Shown one piece after another: positions 39,651-52,929 of a stretch of 64,000 nt of DNA. The stretch comes from Rhina ancylostomus. Its lineage: Eukaryota. The stretch spans positions 27,432,531 through 27,496,530 of the forward strand of contig JARFYF010000022.1 of NCBI GenBank assembly GCA_030265395.1. Reading direction: 5' to 3'. Position numbers and translations under genes: made by a program. The notes below the pieces were generated by a model. The model saw only the letters and a list, made by a program, of their open reading frames with translations. It did not search any database and had not been told where the DNA came from. The first letter of the stretch is position 1. Each line of letters opens with the position of its first letter.

Positions 39651-39974
39651 TTGCTGTAAGCTAAATATTTGTTTGCACAGTGCTTTGCAGAAGAGGCAAA
39701 CAGAACCATATTTATGTGGTTTCAATCAGAGTATCCCCAAAACCAACCTTCCATTATGACTTTCCTTCACCTTGAACTTAAATGCCCTGAAATAGAAAAG
39801 AAACTCCAAATATCTAAGGAACCCATTCTAATTCAGGTCACAGGCCTTTAATCTGGGGTCCAAAATACCTCCCAGGGTTAATGAAAAAAATATTTTTGTC
39901 ATGTCATTGGCACAGAAACGATTCAATGACTCAGTCAGCATGTCTTCTAGAAATAATGGCTTTATTCTTCTAAT

Positions 39975-40508
39975 AGATTCATAGTGTTGGAAACAGGGCC
40001 TTCCTGAGCTAGTCCCAATTGACTGTGTTTGGCTCATTGCCCTTTAAACCTTTCCTATTCATGAATCTTTTCAAATATCTTATAAATATTGTAATCGTAT
40101 CTTCATTAACCACTTCCTTTGGCAGCTTGTTCCATATACCCACCATCCTCTGTGATGGAAAAGTTTGCCCCTCACCCTGGGAAATGTTTCCGACCATCCA
40201 CCTTATCTATGCCCCTCATAATTTTATAGACCTCTCAGACTCCGTCACTCGAGGGAAAAGTCCCAACCTGTCCGGTCTCTCCTTGTAACTCAAGACCTCC
40301 AGTCCAGGCAACATCCTTGTGAATCTTTTCTGTGTCCTCTCTAACTTAATTGCATCCTTCCTCCAGTATGACGACCAGATCTGCACATAATACTCCAAGT
40401 GTGTTCTCACCAACATCTTGTACAGCTGTATCATGACATCCCAACTATTGTACATAATGTTCTGACCACTGAGGGCAAGGATGCCATACACCTTCACCAC
40501 CCTGTCTA
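39975..40508 (-). mobile_element. CR1 3' fragment
   Basis: LYKMLVRTHLEYYVQIWS..LERTQKRFTRMLPGLE..SYKER and QRMVGIWNKLP. Confidence 0.9.
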
Positions 40509-42059
40509 CTAATGGGTTGGAGCCTTCCCAGGAACTTGCCAGTTTCTTCAGTTGAGAATTCTGCTGAGAATTTCAAAGACGTAAGAAGGTGAATCTTCAG
40601 GGAAGCTAAGAACAGCAGCCTGAAACCCTGCTTGACAAAAGGAAATCCCTGGACAGCCTCTGACTAGTATTGAAAGGTCCTCCATTAACTAGACAGATTC
40701 CCAGAGGAACTTGGTCTCAAACCACATGTCACTGCCTCCAGGCAGAAATTGGACGTTCCTTCCCCTCAAGCCCTAACAAGAATAAAATTCCAAAAACCCT
40801 ATAAAAACCATTACAGACAACTAAATGATATCTCTCTGTACCCTCATCCCACTCCAGCCAGCTTTAAGAGAGGAAAGAACTCGTCTGAGAGTGGGGCAAT
40901 TGCACTGCTATATGGACAGTACTGTTCTAAAGCACATGGTACTCCGACATAGCTATTTGCTGTTAAAACCATGTAGTCATTTTGTCATCCTCCTGACTTA
41001 TGTGACACTGTAGGAAATGACAAAAAAAAAGTTCTAATTTCCAGCATCAACCTGCCCCTTTCCCATCCCTATCTTACTGTTATTAGACCACATAAAGGTA
41101 AATCCATCCATAATAATAGATAACATAACTCATTGACAACAATACATGAAGCACATTTCTTAGAAGTTATTATACCAATGTTTAGAGCATGTTGTTGTAT
41201 TCTGCTGACCTTTCTAACTGAAAAGTCAGTTCAGCATCTCAAGGGAATTTCCAGACAAGCACATTTCCTGGAATCACCATAAAACGTGTCTGAAATATTT
41301 CTCTTGAAGCTTAAGTATTGCATGACAACAAATGCAATGCCTGATGTAACTTAAACAAGCTTAGTTTGACTTAGCTTAAATATGTTGGTTGGTACAGTTT
41401 TGCAGGTTTTGCTGCTCCTGCACCTGGGTACATTAAATTCCCTCATGTAGACATTCAAAGCTTCCTCTAGAAATGCTTCACATCCTAAACTGGTCGACAT
41501 AGTCCTCTTTTCTGGACCTTTGAACCAGGAGGTATGTGGCACAGGAAGGTCTCTCCATCACCATGGATCTGAGGCATCTGGCACTCAAGCTCAAACCTTC
41601 CATCTATGCTGTTTATTAAAATTATCTCATAGCTTTAACTGGCTCAATACTAACATTTCAGCTTTGTGTATCTATCACCTAGGGCTAATATTTAAATTGC
41701 ACATTAGTTGATGGCTCACATTTGAGCATTTTGCTCAGTACTACTATTAAATTAGCATTTGATGTTGTCAGAATCTAAGGCAACTACATAATATAACCTG
41801 ATCAAATATTTACTCCTGAGTACCTTACCTAAACCATTTCTAGTCATTATTCATGTATGCTGGTTACTGGGAAATTGAGTATTGAGCAAATGAAGAAAAA
41901 CCTCAGATGCCTCACTGTGGATAGATTGGCAGCTATCAACTAATTTGTAGTTCTAATATTACTAGGTATGCCTTGATTCATGCAACATTCTGTTGCATAA
42001 TGTTCCAATATAGATGATACTCTTATTAAATAAGTTGATGGTTCTTCTCATATCTGTAT

Positions 42060-42325
42060 CTCATTGGGCACCCTCTCCAGGGTAATCACGTACTACTTAT
42101 AGTGTGGTGACCAGAGCTGTATACAGTACTTCACTGTGGTTTAACCAGTGTTTAATTAAAAATGGACATATCTGACTTGTGGAGAAATTGGTTTATGGAT
42201 AGTTCTCAGGAATTGAACCCTTACGTAACCTGAGGACTGCCTATATTGCTTCCTTCACCTTATCTACCTGTGCTGCCACCTTCAGGGATCTTTGCACTTG
42301 TACACCGAGATCCCTCTATTCCTCA
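42060..42325 (-). mobile_element. CR1 fragment
   Basis: gtggtgaccagagctgtatacagtacttcactgtgg (reverse of PQxKYCIQLWSP) and cacttgtacaccgagatccctc (reverse of RDLGVQV). Confidence 0.6.
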
Positions 42326-42449
42326 TGAGCATGTGAGAGAGGATATGTTGCAAGGAAGGAAGGAATTTGTGAGATTGTTCTGAGAGCTGGGCTTGGATGC
42401 GATGGGTTCAATGGTTTCCTTCAATTTTGTGAAGACTTATGAGAATATA

Positions 42450-42800
42450 TTAAACAATGCTATGTGAGGTTATTGAAGCCCAGGATTTTTGTTGCACAAC
42501 TAGGGTTGTGCAACATTGGCTGGAGTCAGACCAGGGTCTTGTGCAGGGAGGTAGAATTCCACTGGGTTCTTGTACTGATGGCGGGATGAGGTGTGGAATT
42601 GCAGAGGAGTTGTGTGAGGGGAGAGGGAATTGGATTTATGTGAAAGAAGATGGATAGTACTGTGGCGTAGGATAGGGGATTCAGATTGTCGACTGGGTGG
42701 GTGTGTGTGTGCAGAATTCGGAATGGCATTTGGCCAGTTAGATTGGGGATCAACATTTTCAATGTAGTGGAGACACATGATTGGAAAATAGGCAGGATGT
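42450..42800 (-). mobile_element. Probable old L2 RT fragment
   Basis: Purine-rich plus strand; the reverse has cctacgccacagtactatccatcttctttcac (PQGSIL.P.LF-like). Confidence 0.35.
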
Positions 42801-42986
42801 TAGTGGATGGCAGGATGGGAATGGGTCAGGAGAAGCACTCATGTATGTTACATAATGTATGCACAGACCCAGTCTGAAAACTATGGATTGTGCAAGGCAT
42901 ACAATGTGATTTCAATCTTTGTTCCTATCTCACTTTTAATAGAAATTATCACATAGCACGGAGCTGTTCAATCTAATTTCTTACCC

Positions 42987-43210
42987 TAGACACAAGAGAT
43001 TCTGCAGGTGCTGGAATCTGCAGCAACACACACAAAATATTGGAGGAAATCAGCAGGTCAGGCAGCATCTATGAAGGGAAATAAACAGTTGACATTTCAG
43101 TTGAGACCCTTCATTATGTCCTAATGAAGGGCCTCGACCCAAAACGTCGACTGTTTATTTCCTTCCATAGATGCTGCCTGACCTGCTGAGTTCCTCCAGC
43201 ATTTTGTGTG
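42987..43210. mobile_element. Palindromic Penelope-tail element with a 13-bp target-site duplication
   Basis: Arms 43028-43116 and 43122-43211 are reverse complements around a tgtcc loop. TAATTTCTTACCC flanks both sides (42974-42986 and 43211-43223). Confidence 0.85.
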
Positions 43211-43377
43211 TAATTTCTTACCCCATGTTTTACACAAGACAAGATACTTTGGGACATCAGAATTACTTTTGTCAATTNNNNNNNNNNNNNNNNNNNNNNN
43301 NNNNNNNNNNNNNNNNNNNNNNNNNNNNNNNNNNNNNNNNNNNNNNNNNNNNNNNNNNNNNNNNNNNNNNNNNNNNN

Positions 43378-43542
43378 AAAAGACCCTATTGTTTCCGCTT
43401 CCACCACCGTTGCCGGCAGCCCATTCCACGCACTCACCATTCTCTGAGTAAAAAAACGTACCCCTGACATCTCCTCTATATCTACTCCCCAGCACCTTAA
43501 ACCTGTGTCCTCTTGTGGCAACCATTTCAGGCCTGGGGGAAA
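43378..43542 (-). mobile_element. CR1 3' fragment
   Basis: TRGHRFKVLGSRY and FFTQRMVSAWNGLPATVVEA. Confidence 0.85.
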
Positions 43543-44978
43543 GTATTGTTAAACTTGATAAATTATTAAGATCCATTGATTAATGACAATTGGTGGTCTG
43601 AATACACCATTCGTCGCAAATTTCACTTCTTGATTACTTGAAAAATTGTATCAAGTGTATTATCTCTTCTTTCCAGTTGATGTTCTCATCTAGGTGACCA
43701 TCTATCTTTCTGCCCCTGGTCATGAAGGTACGAGGACAAAATTAGAATCCATTTTCATTATAGTTTGCTTATGGTGGATATGTTTGGATGTCAGCCCACT
43801 GAACTAAATTTAACAGAGGCATCAAATCCAGCCAGAAATATCAAAAGTGACTTAAATCATGAAAAAGGCTAGAAAGTTGCAAAAGGAACTCCATGATGTC
43901 AGCCCCTTAAAGTTGTTTGCATATTTGTAAAGCTCAGTACCAAAGTATGTGTGTCTGGAGATTTAGTTTATAGTGCTAAATGTACTGTGCAGTGATCAGT
44001 CCCTGCCTCCAAAATTCATTCCATTGACTTCTTTGAGCTTTTAGGATGTTTTCTCATAATTCTGCTGCTTGGTTGCTGAGTGTTAACAGGAAGTTGCCAA
44101 ATACTGATAGTGCAATGTAAATTACCCTGCTTATAAATAAGAAAGAATGACGTGGGGCAGTGTGTGGTGATTCAATAAAATGTGCCACAAAGAAATAGAC
44201 TATGGGTTCAGACCACTAACCTTCATACATAGAAGTTCTCTTTTTACTCATGCTGATGAATTGAGTCCGAGCAGCCAGCACAGAGCAGGAAGGAGATTCA
44301 ATGTGCAGTCAATGAATCGGTTACAGACTGAGGCATGCAAATAGGTTTCCTGGTCAGGGAATGGTGCTGCAGCAAGGTAAAGAAGAACTCAGAAAACACA
44401 GTTCAGCAGCACAGTTTATACAGCTTCTATGTATGATGTAGATGATTGAATGTTTTATTAAAGTTCTGAGTTGTTGCATTTGCCTCGTGACTGCCATTGC
44501 AATGTTAATATTTGTTTTGTAAAAGCCTTGCAGTTATTTCTTCAAGTGCAAAGCTGAATGCATTTGTCGTGTAGCAATAGCAAGGTTGCTACAGAAAGAA
44601 AATCATCAATTGGTTAGGTGTAAAACCTTCCTGCATCAGTGGAATACTTCCTAGATTTGTATTGTGGCTTGGTGTCAAACTTAGTTTGAATTACAGTGCT
44701 TTCCAAAATTCTTGCCAGGCTAAGGGCACTAGATAAATGTAAGTTGTCTTCTGCCTGTTTTTATGGAACTCAAACAGCAATCTTGTGTACAGGCTGCCAG
44801 ATAATACATTTACATCCATGTTCATGGATTCCATCTGATTCATCAAAAAGCAGAATTTTATTTCTGTTGTAATTGACAGGTTTCATCTTTGTGAACTGTT
44901 GATGATATAACATTATTATCCACTGGGATCAGGTTGAAATGCAGATGCAAGTAATTAGCATGTCCCTTTCCTCTGCAG

Positions 44979-45009
44979 GTGACCAGGGACACTGAGGAGA
45001 TAGGTAAGG
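44979..45009 (+). other. DENND2B: 5' UTR part of the DENND2B first coding exon
   Basis: Pyrimidine-rich acceptor tgtccctttcctctgcag ends at 44978; 31 nt separate it from the ATG. Confidence 0.75.
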
Positions 45010-45083
45010 ATGACTGCCAACAAGAATGCCAGCACCAATCATGCAGCTGGAGCATCTAAAGCAGTTTGTGACACAAGCGCCAG
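45010..45083 (+). CDS. DENND2B: First coding exon (CDS part) of DENND2B/ST5 (DENN domain-containing protein 2B, suppression of tumorigenicity 5)
   Basis: ATG at 45010 reads MTANKNASTNHAAGASKAVCDTSA+AG, followed by the donor AG|GTGAGA at 45084 (phase 2). It aligns without gaps to the recalled human ST5 N-terminus (MT)MTANKNSSITHGAGGTKAPRGTLS-R. In-frame TGA and TAG upstream within the exon make this ATG the start. Confidence 0.85.
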
Positions 45084-47344
45084 GTGAGAGACAAGTAATG
45101 TACTGTTACCTCAGCTGCTTAAATTTCTATATCTAAGGAAAACTTCTGCAAAGTTTCTCATGACCCTTTCAAGGTAACTCAGTGAAGTGGTGAAGTGTGT
45201 TAGCCTGACCTCACAGCCTACTCAATTTGTCCTTGACTTGTCACTTTCCATAGGTTCGAACCAGGGCTGCCTTGACAGAACTTAATATTCCCCAATAAAA
45301 ACCAACGTGCACACGCTAACTGAAAAAAGTTGCAGGACCTAAACCACTGTCATCGACATCTGAACAACATACTGACTCAGGCAGCCAAGGCCCAGCACTA
45401 CATGAAGCATCTGTGAATAAAGCAATTTCCAGAGTTGTCATAAGAAAATACAATGAGAACAAAATTTAATCTGAATAAGAAATATCAGTTTCCTCGAAAT
45501 GCAGTAACAAGAAAAATGGAAAGCATCAGCTGTGACTCACTTTACTGAGCTCATACAAACTAAACACTGGCAAAATCCAGTCTCATCAAGAAATTATTGT
45601 TTTTGATACAAATTTGAAAGATAAATGACTGACAATGTGAAGCAGGGTTCATTTCACAGAGCCAAGGTTACCATCCAGCTGAATTTTAAGTGGCTGTCTG
45701 AAAATTTCTGAAGTATGAATCATACACTGAAGGGCATTATTTTAAAGCAGAAATCTATTTTTGACAGTTGCTTTTCTCTTTTAGATTTTAATGCATTTCA
45801 TCAGCAGTAAAGTGAACAATAGGTCAAAAGCCTTGACGGTCCATGCACATTCATGCACAGACTATGAATATGTTTTCACACAACACATTAAGCCCTTTAG
45901 AAATGATGCAGTTTGCTTGGAACACTGCTTAATTCATTGAAGTTAACAAAATAAGAACTACCAGTTGAATGTTTAAAGGGAGCCATAAACAAATGAGAAT
46001 ATAAACCAATAGCTAAAGGTAACAAACTATGAGAAGCCCAAATATCAAATTATTTGGGTCACGACTACATTCTGGAACAAGGGAAGTAATGGAACAATGT
46101 AGAAAATCATAAAGTGGGCACAGACTGGTGCCAAATGTAAAGAATTGGAGACATTGATTTGTGGAATACTCAGTATAAAAAAAACAGTGGATAGAGTCCA
46201 ACTCTTCCAACTCTTGGTGTATTTAGAACAAACCAAAATAGCAGTAACGTGGAGAATAGTGGATTGTTGCTGTAATTGTTATCGAGGGATGTGGGTAATG
46301 TCACAAATATAAAGGCTAAACTCAAACAGTTATTAATTATCATGTGAATTTTGAAATGACTTTAAAGTCTAGTGTGTCTTCTTAGGATATGAACCCTAAG
46401 GTTCAGAGGTCAGGTACTTGCAATGTTTTTCCTCCCCAGCTGCAGTTATGGTGGTGGATCTTAATGCCATTGTAGAGTTGCCATGTGATGATTAGGGCAA
46501 CAACAGTTTTGCTTGAAATGATTCGTTGATGTACAAAAGCTCAAAAGTTGGTATTTTCACTGCCTTTGCAACATTTGTATGAATTCCTGGCATTCAAGCA
46601 GAAAATTATGTTGTACCTGGCTAAATGTAGATTTTTGTAAGTTTTGCACCTAATAAAATTTTCCACACAGAGAGATTAGCAATAGTATCACAGTTGCTGC
46701 AGGTTTAGTGAGTGATGTCAACAGATGGTTACCAGAAAAAATGTAGTACAGCACTAATAGAGTAATTATTAGACCTGACATGAATAAGGCATAAGTACGG
46801 ACAAATTCTTTTTAAAGAATAGATCACAAAATTAAAATGTGGATGTATGGACATTCTGAGCCATTGAGCAGAAAACTTCATAATATACCACCAAACAGTT
46901 CTGTAATGTCTCGACTTTGCCAAATTATTGCTCATAAAAATATTATGCCCTGCAGAAGATCTGTCTTTTAATTATTGATAATAATAAATTACATATTATA
47001 AAGGTCTTTTGTTGTTAAAAATGTACTGAGGAGTTTCAGAAGTGATTAATTCTGTTTGAAGTCTAGTAATTTCTGTTAATAGACAAATACAGGTGCAAGG
47101 AGACACAAACAGAAAATGTGGTAGATAATTGATAATTTAGGATAACTACGTAGTTTGTTTTGGGGGCATTAATTGATGGATGAATGCTCATTAGTTTAAA
47201 GGATAAACATCCCTTTTTAATTTTTAAATGGAGTTTAGCAAGAGGATGATGTGGGGAATCGATCTAACACCTCAATGTGGAGTAGGAAGGAAACAGCACT
47301 TCCTGAGTAAGGAAGGGTTCAAATTACACAAGGGTTCAAATGTT

Positions 47345-47437
47345 GGAGCAACGAACAGTCTACTGGAGGAACTCAGCTGGTTAAGCAGTATCTATAGGGG
47401 GAAATGAATTGTTGGTATTTCGGGTCAAAACCCTGTG
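47345..47437 (-). mobile_element. Penelope tail fragment
   Basis: ctggaggaactcagc...gcagtatctatagggg...tttcgggtcaaaaccctg. Confidence 0.6.
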
Positions 47438-50400
47438 CAAATGTGGGTTGGTATTTAACCAGATGAGTTTCAGCCACAATAGGTGAAAAAGCTGTCACTG
47501 AGTTAAGTTGAGGTCTAAGCCTTCTGGAAATGTCAAGGATTATCGTGGAAGAGTTGAAAGGGACAGGAGACACTAAAATTGGGATTAAACTGGGTTTTCA
47601 TACATAAAGTGAACTTCATGGTGCTAATATTATTTTGTTTGGGGACTTTGGCCAAGATCTTTCACTGAAAAGTAGTTTGTCACGTACAAGTTTAATTTTC
47701 AATGTACCTCTAATGGCTTGAATGGAACCCATGATTTAACCAATATATGATGGCACTTGAAAAGGAACAAAAAAGCTGCAGGTGCTGGAAATCTGAAATA
47801 AAACCAGAAATGCTGGAAACAAATTTCAAGTTCCTTGTGACCTTTTGACCGAATGTGTCCTCAAAACTGTGTTGATATTAGTGAAAGCTTAGGTGGTGCA
47901 GTAGTCAGCATAATGTGTATTCACCTCTGTAACTCAGTCCTCTTTAAGTTGAGTATATGAGTCTGATGTAAACATTACACTGTGCAAAAGATTGTAATCA
48001 TAGACAAAAGCCCCAAGGCAGGACAGGTGTGTGAAACTGTGAAAGATTTACTTTATTGAGAGCCAGACTAAGACAAATTGCTGGTAAAGTGGAATTTGTT
48101 TCACCATACCTGGGAGTAATTGACTCTCAGTTTAAAAAAAATGGGATCTCTCAGTATATATTTTTCCCATTTTGGACCTGGCTATCTGAACATAGAAAAG
48201 TTTTTGGCAATTTTCTTCCAGTGGACAAATGGACATTAAACTGTGACCCCAGACTGGGCACTGCATGCCAGAATTTTCAACTCTTCCTCTTACTCCCTGC
48301 CTTGGCCACTCACGGCATTATTGAAATGGGGTCACTATCCCCGGCCCCACTTGGGTGTGGTCAGCATTGGATTTAACAGGCAGGCTGCATTCAGCAATTA
48401 TCCTGGGATCCCTGACGTGTAATTTTTGAGGCAACAAAAAATGTTAGAGAAAAATTGCACAGGTTCAACAATTTAATGCTCCGACCATCAAACCCCTTTT
48501 TGAGTCATCTAATTAAAGTTAATTCGCTATTGTGAAACATACTGACAAGCATCTACCTGTCAAATGAACTGAAGGTCTGTGAACAGCCTGTCTACAGAAA
48601 GCAGCCAGAAACTTATGGTGAATTAGGAGGCAACTTGTACTTTGGGTCATGTTCTTCATGACATCATTTGAGATGAATAGAGCTTGTAATAATAATGCTT
48701 TCTCGATACTGCTAGTTTCCAGAGTCAACAGGGATAAGTAAACTATGCCACTGTACCATCAACACGAAATTTCCTATCAGAACTCTCAATTCCACTTATT
48801 AGTGTGAAATAACTTGCATCCACCAACAGGTTTATTCTTTGCTTACAGGGTCCTTGAAACTCAAAACTATTTTCAAAATCTCCTTTTATGATAATTTAAT
48901 CCCAAGACAATCCCAAAGCATGCAACATAATGTAGTATTCTACCCACTTCCTGTTGGAGTGGAAAAAAACCCAAAATATCTTTCATGCAATTGATAATCA
49001 GCCAAGGTAGTTTTTCTTGTGTACACTTCCCACCCTAAAGATCTCACTAGACTTCAAGAGTTCATTAACTCTTAAATATAGTGCAAACACTTGGTTTTCC
49101 AGATCAAGTTTCATAAACAAATTTTAATAATTTTTTTGGTACTTCAGTTTAACAATGACATGCTCCCAGGGGGAAAGGGAAGGAGGGCCTTTGCTCAAAG
49201 GAAAGTGGGTTGGTGATGCAGTTACAGTACTTTACTGCTGAATTTCCAATCTGCAATCACTTCTAAAGTGTCTACTTGTTGGGAGTATATGATTGGCATA
49301 TTTCCCATTTCCTGTTTTTGTCCAACAAAATGAGTCTTCTTGCTCAATTTATTTGATTAGAATTGAATGAGATCTACATTAGAAATTGGCTTATCATTGC
49401 AAAACCATGATTTTCTACTTTGATTATTATCCTCAACAGGATATTCTCCTCAAAAATAACAAGACTGCAAACAACTCAACAATTTATTCCCTATTTGCTT
49501 TCATGACGCATAGCTCCCAGTCAATCAGCTCATAGGCTTGCAGCCAAGGCTTCTCTGTAATTGACTTAATCAAGGTGAGATAGAATGGCCTCGAGTGATA
49601 GTGACTTTTTCTTTCTTCCTGGTGGAAATAGCCCAGCAATGCTTAACCTAATCTTGAATGACCTGAATAAGACCACACACATTCCATGTGGGAATGTATA
49701 TGCAAACTGGTACTCTAATGTTTTATAGCTTAACAAATGAATGCAAGGTTAAATAATCTTTATAAATATTGTGGAAATCTGCAAACTAGACTATATTTAA
49801 CATTGGCATAAAACAGATGTGTTCTTTATAGCTGAGGTAAGAATTGTATGTATAATATTCACTCAAAACTTAAATGTTTATGAAAATACGCAAACATCAA
49901 TCAATCATTTACTTGCCCAGACAAAAACTAGGTTAATTTCTCTGCTCTACCATAGCATAGGCCTTTGTCTATTCATCATAGTCTAACAGTGATGAACGCA
50001 TACATCTCTCCCACGGAAATGTAATGATAAAGCAATTGAGAGAGGATGGTAGATACCTCTTAATGTAGGTTTGTTTATATATTCACTGAAAGAAATGTCC
50101 AAACGGTTTTATAATTAACAATTGATGTGAGCATCATATCTATTTCTATGGGAATTAATATGGTGTTAAAACTAATTGTTAGGGAGTGAGGCCATTCTTC
50201 AGAGCTGAAATAATGCATGTTATAAAAAGCCTGAAGGAAACGTATCTTAAGGGATATGACTTTTATATGAACAGTTATGTTTGCATAAAGATAACTAGCC
50301 CAAAAGGCCTCAGACCCTGGATTTCAGTATTGTGATATGCCCACACAGGAATTGTACCACTGACTCTCTCAAAAGTCAACACATGTGGAAGAGGTGACTC

Positions 50401-51450
50401 TTGCACATATTACGTGTCTGGGTAGCCATCATTGCATAAGAACCAAGTACGATTGCTCACATAACCTTACGAACGAGGGTGGCTATTTAAAAGTTTGGAA
50501 CAGAGTTGTATTTAGATTTTGGAGATCTAATCTCATGTGACAAGGAGGCTCGAGTGATGTTCGTGACCATCATTGGACTAAGTATTTGTTCACACAGTAG
50601 CAAAAAGAAGGCTTGCACTTTTGAAAATGGCCTTACCTTGAAGGAGAACAATTTTGTTTACAGTTGTGGCAGTTTTAATGGCAGTTAGAAAATTTGTCTC
50701 TTTATTTTTAGATGGAATTTTCCTTTTCCTTAAAGTGATGTCAACATCAGTGCAACTTTAGTGAGATCTCCAACCTCACTAGACTGAAAAAGTCACAGGA
50801 CAACCGGGTTCTATAATTACTAACCCTGCTTCCCCTGAAACTGTTCTATTTAAAGGGCCAACACTTAACCTGCATTCTTTATCCTTTCTGAGATCCATGA
50901 CCGTTTGCAACCTCAAATGCCCTGTCACATGTGCCTTCATTGCTTTGCCGATAGAGGTCAGGGTCATGGTCATTTTCAGCCGCCCAGCCACAGGATCATT
51001 ATTGTTGCTACTACTGACCTCCTGCCACAACGCAAAATCTGCTGCTCACTGTTGCATCAGAGAGGTCACATGAACTCCATGCTCAAGGAGAGACAGACTT
51101 CGTGCATTCTTCCGACAACCCACAGAAGTAGGCAGACGTATTTGGCTGCATTGCAGGGATTCAGACTCAACTTGCATCATGACAAAGACCACCTTGGCAA
51201 CAGTGCCTCCTGTGGGTGGGAGGAAAGATGACAGCCTTTATCACCAGCCCATTCCAGAACCCCCTAACCCTCGGGAATACAGTTGGAAAATCCGATGGTT
51301 GCTGGAAAAGTGTGGCCTGTGTTGTGGCATGTTCCTTCAAGAGCTGGCTGCAGAGATTGCACCTGGTGGGCTAAATGATGACAGCTGGCGAAGCAGTGAC
51401 ACATCAATAAGAAATGTGGCACTGAAACTGGCTGTGACAAACTAGGTTTC

Positions 51451-52035
51451 TGTTGGTGAATGTCCCTTTAAGATAGAGCATAGTGGTGTGTGGCGTGGTT
51501 ACAACAACAGAAGGTAAAAGACGTAATGACGTTTTTGGATCAGTCAGTTGGAATCAGTCTGAAGGAGAGAGAGAGAGACATCAGCCTGCTAGTCTCTATT
51601 GATGGATGAACAACAGTAACTGTGTCTATTGCAACAATCCACATATAGATTTTTGGAGTAATCCAGTGGAGTCCACTTTGCCATTAACCTGTAGAGGGAA
51701 ACAGGTATTTGTGTGGATGGCCACATCTCAGATGCCTTTCGGGGTGGCAGATACTTCGGAACAAAGTAGTGGAGATCACTTTGTTGTTAACCTGTAGAAG
51801 GAAACAGGTATTTGTGTGGACGGCCACGATTCGAGTGCCTTTTGGTGTGTGGAAGATGTGGTGGAGTAGTCACTGCTGAGTAGACACTGAGGTGTCATAT
51901 AGGTTCCATTGCGGAACATTTGGATTTCATAATTACTCTCTACATTTTGTCTTCAGTCAATGGTGGTTGTTGAAGAAGCCTTTACTCACGTTTCACCTTA
52001 TGGCTTGCTGAACTGAACTTTAAGAACCATTTAAC
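51451..52035 (+). mobile_element. Probable LTR fragment (TG-initiated), truncated by a Rex1 insertion
   Basis: Starts TGTTGG, has a (GA)n run, and an internal direct repeat ttaacctgtaga(g/a)ggaaacaggtatttgtgtgga(t/c)ggccac at about 51685 and 51787. No matching right terminus or TSD seen. Confidence 0.45.
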
Positions 52036-52897
52036 GAGGTAGACCGTGAAGTCAAAAGTCCTTCTTATTGTACTAGGGGACGATTCAATAGTCTTATAAC
52101 AGTGGGTTAGAAGCTGTCCTTGAGCCTGGTGGTATGTGCTTTCAGGCTTTCGTATCTTCTGCCCAAAGGGAGGGGGGAGAAGAGAGAATTCCAGGGTGAT
52201 TGGGTTTTTGATTATGTTGGCTGCTTTACCAAGGCAGCGAGAAGTGTAGACAGAGACCATGGAGGGGTAGCTGGTTTCCATGATCTGCTGAGCGGTGTCT
52301 ACAAGTCTCTGCAGTTTCTTGTGGTCATGGGCAGAGCAGTTGCCGTACCAAGCCAGTGATGCACCTGAATAGGATGCTTTCTATGGTGCATCGATAAAAG
52401 TTGGTAAGTGTCAAAGGGGACATTCCAAACCTCTGTAGCCTCCTGATGAGCTTTCTTAACTGTGGCGTCTACGTGGTTGGACAAGGCCAGGCTATAGGTG
52501 ATGTTCACTCCTACGAACTTGAAGCTTTCAATCCTCTTGACCTCAGCACTATTGAAATAAAGAGGAGCATGTGCACTGCACTCCTTTCTGAAGTCAATGA
52601 CCCTCTCTTTTGTTTTGTTGACAACCTGACACCATGTCACTAGGCTCTCTATCTCCTTCCTGTGCTCTGACTTATCATTATTTGAGATTCAGCCACTATG
52701 GTGGCGTCATCTGCAAACTTGTAGATGGAGTTAGAGTAGAATCTGGCCATGCAGTTGTGAGTATATATGGAGTAGAGTAGGGGGCTGAGGATGCAGCCTT
52801 CTGGGGCACCAGTGTTGAAAATAATCATGCCAGAGGTGTTGCTGCTTAGTGATTGCGGTCTGTTGTTCAGGACATCAGGAATCCAGTTGCAAAGGGT
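52036..52897 (-). mobile_element. Rex1/Babar LINE, RT domain to 3' end, frameshifted
   Basis: LCNWIPDVLNNRPQ, NTGAPEGCILSPLLYSIYTHNC, IYKFADDATIV, KTKERVIDFRK, ESFKFVGVNIT. Confidence 0.9.
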
Positions 52898-52929
52898 TGC
52901 AATTGCTTTAATCTGCATGTAAACTAGTG

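Noticed and set aside
40520-41010. Possible LTR-like segment with CTATAAAA
   Set aside because: No TG...CA termini or TSD could be identified.
44860-44956. Acceptor ttgacag at 44879 and donor-like CAA|GTAATT at 44950 as a separate exon
   Set aside because: The intron to 44979 would be only 28 nt and the donor is weak; at most an alternative acceptor.
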